Origin: Asterias rubens
Lineage: Eukaryota
Length of the DNA: 64,000 nucleotides
Reading direction: 5' to 3'
Assembly: GCF_902459465.1 (NCBI RefSeq)
Contig: NC_047082.1
Location: 868,001 to 932,000 of the forward strand
Under the pieces are notes generated by a model. The model was not told where the DNA came from. It saw nothing but the letters and a program-made list of their open reading frames with translations, and searched no databases. Position 1 is the stretch's first letter. Every line of letters begins with the position of its first letter. A program made the position numbers and the translations under genes. This document shows positions 1-13,000 of the stretch, in pieces.

Positions 1-1109
1 GCGTTAGTTTGGTGTACGTTTAGACCATGCTAAGACTAAAAGGACATTATTCCCGGCTCAATGGTGTACGCAAAGCTTGCCACCTTATTTATATTATTCC
101 GAGTTGTTAAAGCACAATTTTTACTAACACAATTTTGTATTATAATAAGTCTAATTAAAGTGTTGCATTCAAGGTACTAACAAAAGCCAAAAGCTGATGT
201 CATCAACGGGTACTTTCCGGGTACGTTCCCGGAACCAAAATACAAGTTGAGTTATTGTGAATTTGTACTCATGGCTGGCCAGTGGCCTATGCGCAGGCGC
301 GTTAGGGGTGCCTTTATTGCTGTAATCCACTGTTTTGTGTTACCTGGCAACTGATGCGTGTCCAGTAGGCGGCACAGTCATGGGCAAGGGCTGATTGACC
401 TCGAGTGATGGTGTGTTGTTACAGAGAATTATCCCCAAAAGGAAGGAATGTGATTAATTGTGAAAATGTTTAAAACTAAAGCCCTTGTGGTGTGCACCTT
501 ATAACGAAGCCAGTATGAATTGGGGTGTTTAGCTATCATGATTAATTTTGAGACTTTTTGTTTCCATTCCAACTCGATCCGCTTCATGTATGGGCCGTTG
601 AGGGCGTATGGTATGGTATTTATATGTGACCAGGGTTATAATATTAATTTGGCGAGGAAACGGCGTCTGCTTTTTTACCCCGTTAAAATTGTACAATGAT
701 CTCTGTCAATATGGCAGCACTCTTATTTTGTATTCAAAATATATTTATTAAACTTTAGATTGTTACTTTATTATTTAGAGTATATTTATTAACGTTTCTG
801 TCCAACAGTTTATTTAGAGACTTTTTTCTCTATTCCTACTCGAACCACTTCTTGCATGGGCCGTTGGGGGCGTGTATATATATTTATAAAACGGGGAATT
901 AGTGCTGAAAGTGTGCTCATAAAACGTATGATGCTTCTGCTGTTGCTGCCGCATGCTGTGGCTCAGCAGTTGCTTCTGTTTTTTATAATTTGTTGTTGTT
1001 TTGTTTTTTTGTTGGTTTTGTTTTAAGCGACGTCCCCGTTTGTGTTGTCTTATTTTTATTCAAAATTTGTTTATTCAGCTTTCGATTAAGATTTCTTTAG
1101 ATTTCTTTA

Positions 1110-1146
<37 letters not shown>

Positions 1147-1647
1147 TTATTACTATTTTTTAGACGTAGGGAACCCATTGGTACTTTTCAGAGACTTGAC
1201 TTTGTTATCTTTTTGGCCCTAAAGGGTAACTGGATACAATTGAAAGTACTATAACAACAAACAGCAAAAAAGCAAGATTTAATTAAACACAGATGGGCAC
1301 GAATATAGATTACGTCAACACAAGCAGATGTGGCAGAGCGTTTTGTGTGTGTCTAGATCGATGGGGTATAAAATGTAAAAAAAAGAAAAAAATATAAATG
1401 CTCCTGTGCTTCATCCCCCCCCCCCCCCAATCTCTGACCGAGTTATGGGTCTTTGGATGAAATTGTTGAGTTAATTTCTTCATTTATTCGTGTCCACATT
1501 TTATTCAAAACACAAATCTCATTCAAATTCACGCATCCCCCCCATTCCGCTCAAACCAGGCCATCTGTTTATCTTTTAATGCATTCAATTTCATGGACAT
1601 ATGATTTTGTTTTGTTCGGTCGGCTTCGTTTTGGTAATTCTGTTTCG

Positions 1648-2017
1648 TTAAAGCCATTATACACTTTCGGTAAACAGTATTGTCCAAGTCCCACACTTCG
1701 TGTATCACAACTTATATATAAAATAACAATCCTGTGGAAATTTAGGCTCAATCGGACATCGGAGTCGGGAGAAAATAACGGGAAAACCCACTCCTGTTTT
1801 CGCGCGTTTCGCCGTGTCATGACATGTGTTTATAACAAATCCGTAATTCTCGTTAACGAGAATTTATATTGTTTTACCGTTTTCTCAAAAAGTAAAGCAT
1901 TTCATGGACTAATATTTCAAGAGAAGTCTTTCACCATTACCTTCTGTAAACCCTATAAATTATTTGTAAATCTGTGAACTTTTTTTTTTCTGTACCGAAA
2001 GGGTCCAATGGCTTTAG
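1648..2017. mobile_element. Related TTAA-type MITE (different family)
   Basis: TTAA|AGCCATTATACACTTTCGG ... CCGAAAGGGTCCAATGGCT|TTAG; imperfect TIR; shares the internal GCTCAATCGG motif with the main family. Confidence 0.7.
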
Positions 2018-2199
2018 AAGGGCATTCAAGACTACACTTGGACAATGCTTTAATAGGTTGAATCTCTACTACATATTTGATGACATTGAATGGTTGTCCA
2101 GCCATTGGTGCTGGCTTTCGCGAAATAGAGTATCGCATCCTAATGAAATTGAATAATCTTATATTTTGACCAGAAAATGGCAATACTGGTGAAATTGAA

Positions 2200-2571
2200 T
2201 TAAAGACAGTGGACACTATTGGTAATTGTCAAAGATTTGTCTTCACAGTTGGTGTATCTCAACATATGCATAAAATAACAAACCTGTGAATAATTCAGCT
2301 CAATCGGTCGTCGAAGTTGCGAGATAATAATGAAAGCAAAAAACACCCTTGTCACACGAAGCTGTGTGCTTTCAGATGGTTGATTACGAGACCTCAAATT
2401 CTAAATCTGAGGTCTCGAAATCAAATTCGTGGAAAACTACTTCTTTCTCGGAAACTACGTCACTTCAGAGGGAGCTGTTTCATTTATAGTATCAACCTCT
2501 TCCCATTACTCGTTACCAAGTAAGGTTTTATGATAATTGTTTTGAGTAATTACCAATAGTGTACCATGCCT
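2200..2571. mobile_element. Same MITE family as 31126-31512
   Basis: TTAA|AGACAGTGGACACTATTGGTAATTGTCAAAG... with a collinear internal body; right TIR degenerate. Confidence 0.8.
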
Positions 2572-3379
2572 ATTTTATCGATAATTGTTTTTACCCTGCA
2601 AACCCGGAACATCTGCTCAACCAGAATCCACACTCACTAAGGCCAACATAAAATAATTCATTCTTACTCCAATCATCCGGCTGACAGGAGGCGTATTCTC
2701 AGGTAGGAATAATTCTGCTATTTTAGTATTTCAAAAAAAAATTCTAGGACAAGTTATATAGTTTCAGGTCTTGAACTTCGCTCTTGAAGGGGCACAGAAA
2801 TTTTCCGGTGGTAAGGGGCACTTCGGATTTGTATCGGAACTGTGCAAAGGGCACCACGGCAAAAGCACTTACCGGAGAGAAATGTATGTGCTGTTCTAAG
2901 AGAGAAGATGGAAGGCATGTACTGTTGTGTATGAGTCTGCCTAATATATTATATTTAAATAAAAAATTAAATAAAACAACTTTCAGACGCAGTATAGGCC
3001 TAGACCTTTAGGATTTGAAACTTTGCATGGTGGAAATACGATATGGGAAGGTTCGCGGTACGACCATGTAATGACTATAATCTCTAATGAATTGGGCAGG
3101 GTAGTTATGAATGCTCTGACTCCAGAAGACTCTCATTATCCATTCCAAATTATCAAGTTTTTGTAAATTCCTAAATAATGTTCTGTTAATTTTCCTTTTT
3201 GTTATCAACTCTCAATGTGTATTTATGGCTGCATAGCAAACGAATTTTTTAAAAACAGTTTAATTACAAACAATCATTGTTTTGTGTTATTTTTGCTGTA
3301 TGCACTATACCTTTCACCGTACCTTAATTTAAATAATCAATATTGTTATTGTTATAAACTAAAACCTATTAATTTACAT

Positions 3380-3525
3380 TATAAAGGGTCCAGGCTCTGT
3401 ATAAGCCCAGGCTTTTTCCTGGTGCCCTCCTCTTATCACTCGTTGTTCTTATTTCGTGTATGTTTCATGATTATTTATTGTGATATTTGGAAATAAAAAA
3501 CAAACAAACAAACAAACAAACAAAC
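3380..3525 (+). mobile_element. Probable LINE 3' tail ending in AATAAA-(CAAA)n
   Basis: TATAAGCCCAGGCTTTTT hairpin-like motif followed by a T-rich tract, AATAAA and a (CAAA)7 tail, typical of non-LTR retrotransposon 3' ends. Confidence 0.45.
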
Positions 3526-4362
3526 GATCAGAGCATACTGATCGAAACGTCGAGGTAAGGCCTAGACCTTTAATATATATATTTGCTTCGTTTTACTGCT
3601 GTGTGTTTTTGTTCATGTCGTCGTATTATATTAGGTTAACTAGTTGAAATAGGAAACTAAAGTATTATGGCCTTGAACTTATTGAAAATGTTTTTAACTT
3701 TCTTGTGACAGGATTTGAGCGCTATTTAAGAAGCCATTGTTACTATTTTAGTGAGTCGTATGCAAACAAAGCTTTTGGGAAAAATTCCGTTCCAATGCCC
3801 TCTATCGTTTGTAACCCCCGCCCCCCCCCCCCTAACTCGTATTGAGTGCCTTGGGGCGGATTGTGCCCGTACGGCGTTTATTATTGGCATTATATAGTTT
3901 TTTTTTTTTTTACGATTTCAGAAAATGTACTAGATATAAGAAAAAGCTGTTCCGTGTTTTTTGGTTTTTTTTATAAACTCTAGATCTTTAACGGGAGCTT
4001 CACTTCGAAGATACTTCACTATTAGTGCTATTCACACGACAGCAATTTAACTGAGGTCCCTTGCTTAATTTTAGCATGGTTGTAAAATGTAGCAGTGTTT
4101 GGAAAGATTTAAAAGAAAATTGTTGTCCTTTCACACGAGGCCAATTGTGTAAAAAATTTCCAACATGTTATAATTTAGCGTGGGACACTTGCTAAATTGC
4201 CCTTGTGTGAAAGGGGCATTTGGCCCGCCCTTCTTTTCTAATTTACCTTAACTCCACAAACCTAAAACCGGATCTTCATTCTGATATCCTGACTCTAAAA
4301 CAATTACATTTTCTCCTCAACCTCTTTCCCAGATAGAGTCAAGCTGTACATGTGGAGTAAAC

Positions 4363-5568
4363 ATGAGTTTGAGGTTGCGGAAACTTTGCTCTAAGCAGAG
4401 GTTATCCTTATTGGCCTGCTTACATGTGGCGCTGTTCATACTTTGTTACCTAAGTCTTTGGAGGACAGCTAAACCAGATGTGTGTGGAATCGTTTGTGCG
4501 ACGTCAGAGAAAGGTTCGTTAAAAAAAAACAGCCTTAAAGGAACACGTTGCCTTGGATCGGTCGAGTTGGTCTTTGAAAAGCATTTGTAACCGTTTGTTA
4601 TGAAATGCATATTGGTGGAAAGATGTTGTAAAAGTAGAATACAATGATCCACACAACCATGCCTCGAAATTGCGCGGTTTTCTTTTTACCTCGTCGACTA
4701 ACACGGTCAGCCATTTATGGGAGTCAACTTTTTGACTCCCATAAATGGCCGACCATGTTAGTTCGCAAAGTAACAGGAAAACCACGCAATTTCATTGTGT
4801 GGATCATTGTATTCTACTTTTAAAACATCTTTCTAACCATATACATTTTATAACAAACGGTTACAAATGCTTTTTATAGACCAACTCGTCCGATCCAAGG
4901 CAACGTGTAAGCACTTTATGTAATCCACCATATACATAAACTGACAAACCTGACGAGGTTTGAGATCGATCGGCCATCTGGGTCACGAGAATACATTACA
5001 TATTTTGCATGACATTGATGCAAAAAAAATTAGTAAAACGCCCACTGAGTGATAAACTCCAAAACGCAAAATTAAATTATTTATTCTCATCAAATATGAC
5101 ATTTCAGGCAGAAATATTTCAAGGGATGTTTTCTACTGTCATCATCATTAGACCGTGTAAGTTTAATGTAAATCTGTGATCTTCACGATTTTGTTGCTGA
5201 CCAACTCTGTAACGTTCCTTTAGGCCCGGTTCATATTTCACTGCAAAACTGGGGGTATTAAAACTGACTCTATGGGTGTTGTCACTCATAGATAAAGCAC
5301 TGACTATCAAAATTAACATCGTAGGGTGTTAAAAAAACACCAATGTAAGTTTTGTCTCAAGAATTTGTGTTACCTTAGCATCCTATGTGTACTTTTGTTA
5401 GTATTTATACGTGTGCTAATTTTGGCCCAAATAATATTTTGGTATAATGTGATTTTGTGGGGAATTCCGACCATTTAAGAGAACCAACTGCACATTTTCT
5501 CCTTTGCAGATACAAAGAAATCGCCTACAGATCAAGCGACTGGAGTGAAGGCTAAGCTGATTCCACAG
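4363..5568 (+). CDS. Probable N-terminal exons (type II signal anchor) of the sulfotransferase
   Basis: Exon 4363-4513 encodes MSLRLRKLCSKQRLSLLACLHVALFILCYLSLWRTAKPD... (basic cytosolic stretch then hydrophobic anchor) and ends AAAG|GTTCGT (phase 1). Exon 5510-5568 (tttgcag|...CAG|GTACTG, phase 1 to 0) encodes DTKKSPTDQATGVKAKLIPQ. Phase 0 fits the acceptor at 16478. Confidence 0.6.
4535..5223. mobile_element. Composite element: ~365-bp foldback palindrome fused to the 46268-type MITE body
   Basis: 4542-4907 is self-complementary around GGGAGTCAA-CTTTT-TTGACTCCC; 4905-5222 matches ~46315-46600; ends are TTAA and TTAG. Confidence 0.75.
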
Positions 5569-7072
5569 GTACTGTAACTATTCAACAATAATTTGTAACT
5601 TGCTTTCAAACATAAGTTGCCGCCGAACGTTGTCAACATTGCAACCAACCATGGGTTAATTTAACAAATGTCAATAATTTAGGAATGAAAACTGAACTTG
5701 CAGGATAAAATACATGCAATAGTATAATATTTATTTCATAAATAAATTTTTTGTCTGAGTAGTATATAACAATGCCACAATTAAGTTTAAATTTGTAATT
5801 CATCAAACGCACATTAGCTTTATAACAGATATAACATTTTAATTTGATTAATATTTATTTAACACAAAGCTTTTCCGTGTTGTTCACTTTAATTAATCGC
5901 TTCGGGTTTTTTCAGGTCAGCCCTAAATGTCGGAACAGCTTTTACATTGTTGACGCAAACAATAGATGTTCCGATTTATATGTCGGAACAGCTAAAACAC
6001 CTTAAAAGTATCATCCAGGATTCATAAATCAAAAGAGGTTGTTCAACTAAAGTGTGAAAGTTCACTGATAATGAGGTTCATTCTAACCCTGAATCCTGTT
6101 TTCTGAGAAATATTTCCCTTTAAAATGAAGTCACAATCGAGAAAACAATACAGAAAACCTCTAACAAAATGAATACCCGCAAGAGCTAGTAGTAGTTCGG
6201 CGAATTTTACAAGCTGTAAATTGTGTAAGATATTTCGCTATGTTTTTCCCGACTCGCATAACGGTTTGAGCCCAAATTTCCTCAGGTTTGGTCATGTATT
6301 TTAAAATATCTTTGAACAATCCGGAGAGAATAATTATGTCCATGAATATCTCCGAAAAATCCGAAGAGAATTATGTCAATACAGATTAATTCCTGACTCG
6401 ATAACACAATCTGAGTAACGTCACTGACAGTAACGCTTCTCAGATTCAAATTGTTAGAGCGCATGTAAAAGCTGATATGTGCATATGTACATAGGGTGCG
6501 TTCGATAAGCTTTCCTGGGTCGACCCCGGTCTGCCCCCGGTACGTTCCAATAACTTTGACGTCAATCCAGGGGCTCACCCGGGTCAGCCCCCAGTGCCCT
6601 GCTTGTAGAGTGGGTCACTTGGGGGCATGACGTCATCACGAGAGGGCGAGTGTGATAGTTCGATTAACTCTTGTCAGGGGCTCACCCGAGTGAGCACCGC
6701 GGGGTCGACCCAGGGAAGCTTATGGGATGCAACCATAGATACATAACTTCGGAGTAAAATGTTTCTCAAATTGCTTTTATCGAAAGCTGCTTTATATAGG
6801 CTTTTAACCAACATGTTGTATTGCCGATAACTTTAAGAGTGGTTACCAAACATGTACATTCCATTTATGCACAAAGAGTAGTTCAACACAAAAATAATTT
6901 CGCTTACTACAATAGGGTAAAGGTACCACGTCACACGTGCAGTTCAGACTGATTTCCTGCTAACTTTGGCTTAGCAGTTAACTATTTACCCTCATCCGAG
7001 TTTCAGCTCAGGTACGACTGTGGTTTAAAACATAAACTTGCATACAAGTCCAATCATTAAGTTGTGTATCCA

Positions 7073-10000
7073 CTATCGCACGCTTGGTCTTGGTAGGCTT
7101 TGATGAGAGGACTGAGGCAAGCGGTCAAAGTCTACCACAGAGTTAAGTGTGTAAACTTGATTAAAGTTTGGTGCGCCAGCGTAGATGTTTTCATGCGAGG
7201 CGTGTCTTTGGATTGCCCCGTTTGGTGACCCACGGGCCAGTGCTCTTTGGTTTGACCCATGCACTACTGACTCACGGGCCATTGTTCTGTGGTTCGCCCC
7301 ATTTGGTACTACTGACCCGTTAGGCACTACTGACCGGCGGTCCACTGCTCTTTGGTTGTGACCAAGAGATCCATATCTGTCATATTGTTCCCGGGTCACA
7401 TGGTTATCGTGTGGCCAAAGGGAGCCGGATGTTCTCCTGTGACCCTGAGGTGTGGACCTGTTACGATGGCTGGTGCGAGGTTCTGGAACACCGTACTGCC
7501 CGGTAGGGATATGACCATTGGTTTGAGTTTTGTTGTTCTGCACAAGAAAAACAGATCCCTCTAGAGGAGCAGCATCGACAAGACCCCTACTGATAGTCTG
7601 GACTCTTTCTTCAGTGACAATATGTCTTGCAAGTGGGTTATCATGACTCTGAGTAACGGCGGACCTATGGGCCGGTTTGACCTTAATAGCTTTCTTGGGC
7701 TTCTCGCCCAGCCTGCAGCATTCACAGCATGGCAGGCAAGGTACGTCGCCACAACTCCCTTGCGGACCAATTGTAATGCAAAGAGTTTGAAAGAAGAAAG
7801 TTCCATGACTCCAGCTGACACTGACTACGAGCATTAGGAAGACTCCGAACTGGTAGTAGATGAGTACCGTAGCGGGCAGCACCAGAGCCCCTGCAATGAA
7901 GGTTGATAGAGCGGCTATTGTGATAGCAGCCGTCATGGTTGTTAATGAGTAGCGAGTACGTTGGTCACGATCCGAGCTAGGAGAGAGCTTGAATGCCACA
8001 CCGTAGTGAATGGTGAAATCAACTGATAACCCAACAGCCAACGTGATGATAGTCGCTTCGATGATATTCAACTCCCATCCAAGAAGAACGAGGCTAGCTA
8101 CTGTTACAAAAACAGCACTTGTTATTGTAACCATAGCGCAAATTGTTATCAAGACATTCTGGATGGTCAGGAGTAGGATTCCGGATGCTATCGCCAACGT
8201 AATGACCATAGAGATTTGTGTTCCGGATGCAAGACTCTGCTGAAGATCGTAGAATAAAAGTCCGTAGTTGAGTTTGGAAATAAACCATCCATTCTGTAAT
8301 GGATCCGGGGCTGAGCTGATCTTCTCTTCCATCCAGGGATTTACGGACTGCCAGAATTCATCATTTGATTCATACAGAAAAGTATAAGGATATTGTGTGG
8401 TGAATGTGACTCCAATAACTGCGAGTTCCGAGTTATTTCTCCGGAAGTAAAGATCCGGGAAAAGGCCATTGGTTGCGAACGCGTTGAGACAGACGTCAAA
8501 GAGAGCGGGGTCATACGGGAAATCAACTTGGTTGCAGCAGGGGGATACGTCTTGGTTTGTACAGCTCAATTCCATGTAGTATTTGAAATTTTCAATGAAG
8601 CATCTCACTGGTTCATCCGGATTGACAAAGCTTTGGTTACGGAGCTCTGCGCAGAAGTTCAGCATCCACGTTTGGTGTTCCGGCTCGTAGAACTGGAAAC
8701 TATCGTCTAGAGCTAAAGTTCCAGAATCGCCAGGTTTCCAGTGATTCCCGTTATCCACAGCCTGGACGCCCCAGATGATGGTACCATCGGCATCAGGAAA
8801 ATTCTCCTCACTGAACGAGAACTGATCTTTGTAAACAAAATCGTACAGTTCAAAAGGGTGGGAGCTTGCAAAGAACTGAAATTCAGCTTGGGAAGGAAGT
8901 TGAAACCCTGGTTGGAAGAATATTACAACAGCGCCACCTATCATCAACAGTGTGAAAATGGTTATCCATAGATATCTAAGTTTACTCACTAAGAATGGGA
9001 TAACGCGCTCAAAAATTACTGTGATCGGTTTGAACAAAATGTTTAGACAACTCGTGCATTTCGTTTCAGTGTTGGGTGTTGAACGCTGCGATTTTGATCC
9101 ACAGCAGCAGACGGCTATTTTATGTTGCATAACGATGACGGCAGGCAACAGCGTCAGAGTCAAGACCAGGTTCATCATGATCGAGGTACCAGCGAAAACA
9201 GCGAAGCATTTGACCACTGTGATGTCACTGATGACGGTAGCAAAGAGTGCAGCTGCTGTAGTCACACTTGTAACGAACATCGTGACCGAAGCATGACGTA
9301 ACGTCTCATAGACAAGTAGTGGCAGGTCCTCGATACCAAGCTTTGCCCTCGACTGCTTCCATAAGTCCATAAACACAAAGGTGTCGTCAGCACCGACGCC
9401 TATAATCAAGATCACGGTCATGAAGTTCCCAAACGGAAAGAAGGGTCTGCTGAAGACAACAGTGAAGAAAAAATACCCAAGGACCAATGAGAATATCATG
9501 TTGAAAAGTGCCGCAAGGGTAACCAAAAACGACCCGGTGTACACCCAGATTAAGAGGAAGATGAGGCCTATCCCAATGCCCATGTACAGACTATCTGCGA
9601 AGAGGTTCGAGGAAAACAGTCTGAATTTGATGAAGAACTCCACAGCCTTGATTGTTGTGATCCCATCTTCGTATGCAACTGGCATAATGTTCTCCGTAAA
9701 GATGGTCTCTAAGGTGTCTCTCTGGTGGCTGTATATCGGGTAAAACACGGCAGTGATTTGACTCTCTAATGGTGTCACGCCGTCTAGTATACCCTTGGTG
9801 AAAACTGCCGGTAGAAGATAATACAGCACAGTGTGGACAGCAAAGTTATGTTGACTGCATTCAGCAGGGATCGAACCGGGTACGGCATACTCAAACTCAC
9901 GCTCTGACCGCGTTCCGTTGTGCACAAACTTTGCGCATCGTTGAAGTAAAGCCATAGTGGATGCAACATCCTCGTCCGATATATCCGCACACGATGACTT

Positions 10001-13000
10001 GTTAGAGAACAGTGCTATGTAGTTACCTAAAGACCATGTGCTAGGGCATGCTCTGTCCGTGTAGGTACCGACACAGAGGCAGTTCGCCGTGAACGAGGGA
10101 TGGGTCGTGACGAGCCGTTCCCCGGTAGTGCAAACCGATTTGATTGCCGACGTTGTGAGCATGTTTCCGCCGTCTACTGTCTCAAACACAATGACGGGAA
10201 CAAACTCGCCCCAATATTCTGTACACACAAAAGAAGCACAAACAAAATGCAATTATTGTGATAATTCCACTGTCTCCTTGGAAACTATTCAAACAGTGAC
10301 GTAGGGGCGCAATGGATTGATTGGCAGAAAAGAAGTTTCTTATAGACCTTATCGCAAATACCAATGCGCAAGCGCAGACTATTGAATGAGGTGCATTGTG
10401 GGATAGATATGGATAAAATTTTGATACCAGCTGGACCACAATGCACCTAATTCCAAGCTTTACGCGCGCGCCCCAGTATTTGCGAAAAGGTCTATGTCGA
10501 GTTGTGACGAGTTACTACTCATAACTTTTGGACTATTTTTGTGCTATCGACCCCAGAATTTGTTTAATTTTTATTATTGTGTTAAGCTTCTTTGAGTGGA
10601 CACTTTCAGATCGTGCACTTTTTTAATGCTACAAAAATAACATGTGGTTGGAGATATTGGTTACTGTGAACTTACCAATGGAATAACAAAACTGGACACC
10701 AGCATCGGCTCCGATCTGTCGTTTCACTCTTGTTTGGCTCTTGTCTACCGCTAGAGGGCGAGACATCACTAGGTCTTCATCATCCACAAGGTTTCCGAGA
10801 CTTACAAAACGTGATGTTATTATGGTACCACGCGTCTCGAAGCCCTGTGGAGAACATAGTATAAAGAATTAATCAAAAGTGTTATTGAAGAGAAACCAAC
10901 AAGTGAATAACCTGAGGAACTTAGCATGGTTTATGTCAGTGTCCGTGCAATATTATGACCACGAACACCTCTTGTTATTGTCATGGGTGGTTTTTGTTTT
11001 CGTCTCCATCTTCTTCTTCTTCCCTGGAAATCTTATCTAAATTGAACCTTGAAACTCATTAGACAATTGTACCTCTAAGACTCCTCAAATTCCTAAGCCA
11101 CATAGGACAAATTTTAATGCATGAATTTATCAAGTCTCCCCATTAGTTGACGCACAGAGGCCCAATGTTCGGGTTGTTATATTATTGTATATTCAAGAGT
11201 ATAACTTTAGGTTTACAATATTTCAAAACCATAGATGTGATTATAATTTTATAAGATGTGTTGATCGTTGCCAGTTGTGCGTTTATATTCTCTTTTGAGA
11301 GCTTTGCCGAGTTTCATTGTTAAGAAATCATAACAATAAACAAACAAACAAACAAACAAACAAACAAACAGACAAAAATCCAATAACACAATTTACCTCC
11401 GAGGGGTTTGAAAAGTCCGGAAGCTCGTACGCTGTCAACGACAAAGCGGTGTACGCCCCCACCGTCAGGAAAACGAGCAGGCAGATCACGTACCAGAAAC
11501 GGGCCAGGATCCTCGAATACCTGCACGTGATCGAAATCAATAACAAAGTCTTGGTCATGTTACATCAAAAAGAACCCCCTCTACGTTACACCATAAATCA
11601 TGTTCTACAGTCTTAAAGTAACTGTATTCCCTACGGATTGAGAAAAACCTTGTTTTGTTTTAATGGAGGCGGTCATTAAAATGATTTACGAGGAAGACAA
11701 TGCGTTACTTTGTAATTTGATTCCGGTTAGACGCACTCAATATTATTGCGAAGAACATAAACATAGGTTTGCAAAACCCACAAATCAATTTAAGAGAATG
11801 CTTTAGTCAATAAATAAATAATAAAATAAGTAATCAGGTGATCAATACTGTTTCTTTTGATAACAAATAATCGGTTTTCTTAAGTAGGAGCCACTGTTTC
11901 AAGTTTTGCATTGACGGTTTTGTGGTTTTGGTTTTGGTAATCAATTTAATAGATGTTTAATGTTCACCGGGGATAAAGAATATTATCAAATCGTTACAAT
12001 ACTCGCTGCTAAAACTGAGGATTCGAACTGCCTCTATACTATAGCTACCGGGCAATCTCGGTGGTCTAGTTGGTTTGACACTGCTCTAGAACTTTGCAAA
12101 GGTCGTGGGTTCGAATCCCATCCGAGTAATATATACGCCTGTGATTTTGCTCACAGAACTTGGGAAAGAACTGAGTTTACAATGCCACACATCGGTGTAT
12201 TATGGATAACACCAAAATGAATGTTGAGTATCAATTTACAAGGTATTTTGTTTATTAATACGCGTAATTTGATGTGAATTTCCTTGGTGTGATCGATTTG
12301 AAATTCTGGGTCTTGAATATTATTTTTTTTCGCCTAAAAGTTGTTGTTTTCTTTATTATTGAATAGATAAAGAAAGAATATTAATTTTGTATTATTAATT
12401 TTGATTTTACCCCTATACACATTGGTGTTTATGGGTAAAACTACATAATAAAAATACATTTGAGCTTTAATATCCAAAGGTATTATTTTAACTGTGACAG
12501 ATTGGATAAAAGGTTTGAGGTCGTGACGGTAGTTGACAATATCTTAGTCCCATACAATGTTTCATCCAGGGTAGTGGAATGTTCTTGCATCCGGGTACCA
12601 CCCACGAGCTAAATGTAGGATTGGTAATGTTCGAAAACAACTTAAAGGGAAGGTATAGACCTTTATCACGGTGTGGCCATCTTGACTTTACTCCAATCCA
12701 ACTCATTATAACCAAACTGAGGCTGGACGAAATATTAGTCTGGTGCCATGTTTGCGCAAAGAATGTTAGCATTCATTACTGTGATAGAAACAGGGAATAT
12801 GACCAAGATGGTGACAGCGTGAAAAAGGTCTATACCATTGGTAAGCACACTAAAAATGAACGGCAAACAAATTAACTTTGTTTAAAAGCCTAGTACAGGA
12901 GATTTCGATAGTATAAAGCATTTTGAGAAACATTTCACTTCGTAAGTAATTTCACTTCGTAAACCTGACGAAGACTAGAGCAAGCTAGTCCAAACGTTGA

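Noticed and set aside
1111-1143. Long homopolymers and microsatellites (A33, poly-C/G runs, (CAAA)n at 11337, (TAT)n, (CAA)n)
   Set aside because: Ordinary low-complexity tracts; lengths may be assembly-dependent.
7073-10218. 3.1-kb single exon in Dispatched as a sign of retroposition
   Set aside because: The gene has three upstream introns, and a very large terminal exon is, as I recall, normal for DISP genes.
7352-10304. Many plus-strand ORFs (e.g. 8393-8710, 8952-9296, 9381-9743) over Dispatched
   Set aside because: Antisense shadows of a long GC-richer coding exon; no recognisable motifs.
10747-10761. CTCF-like ACCGCTAGAGGGCGA
   Set aside because: Lies inside DISP coding exon 3 (SRPLAV); cannot be separated from coding constraint or chance.
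12052-12125. tRNA-like sequences with A/B boxes (also 27316, 36100, 42750, 51240)
   Set aside because: No proper cloverleaf or acceptor stem and always attached to a shared non-tRNA body, so they are SINE heads.
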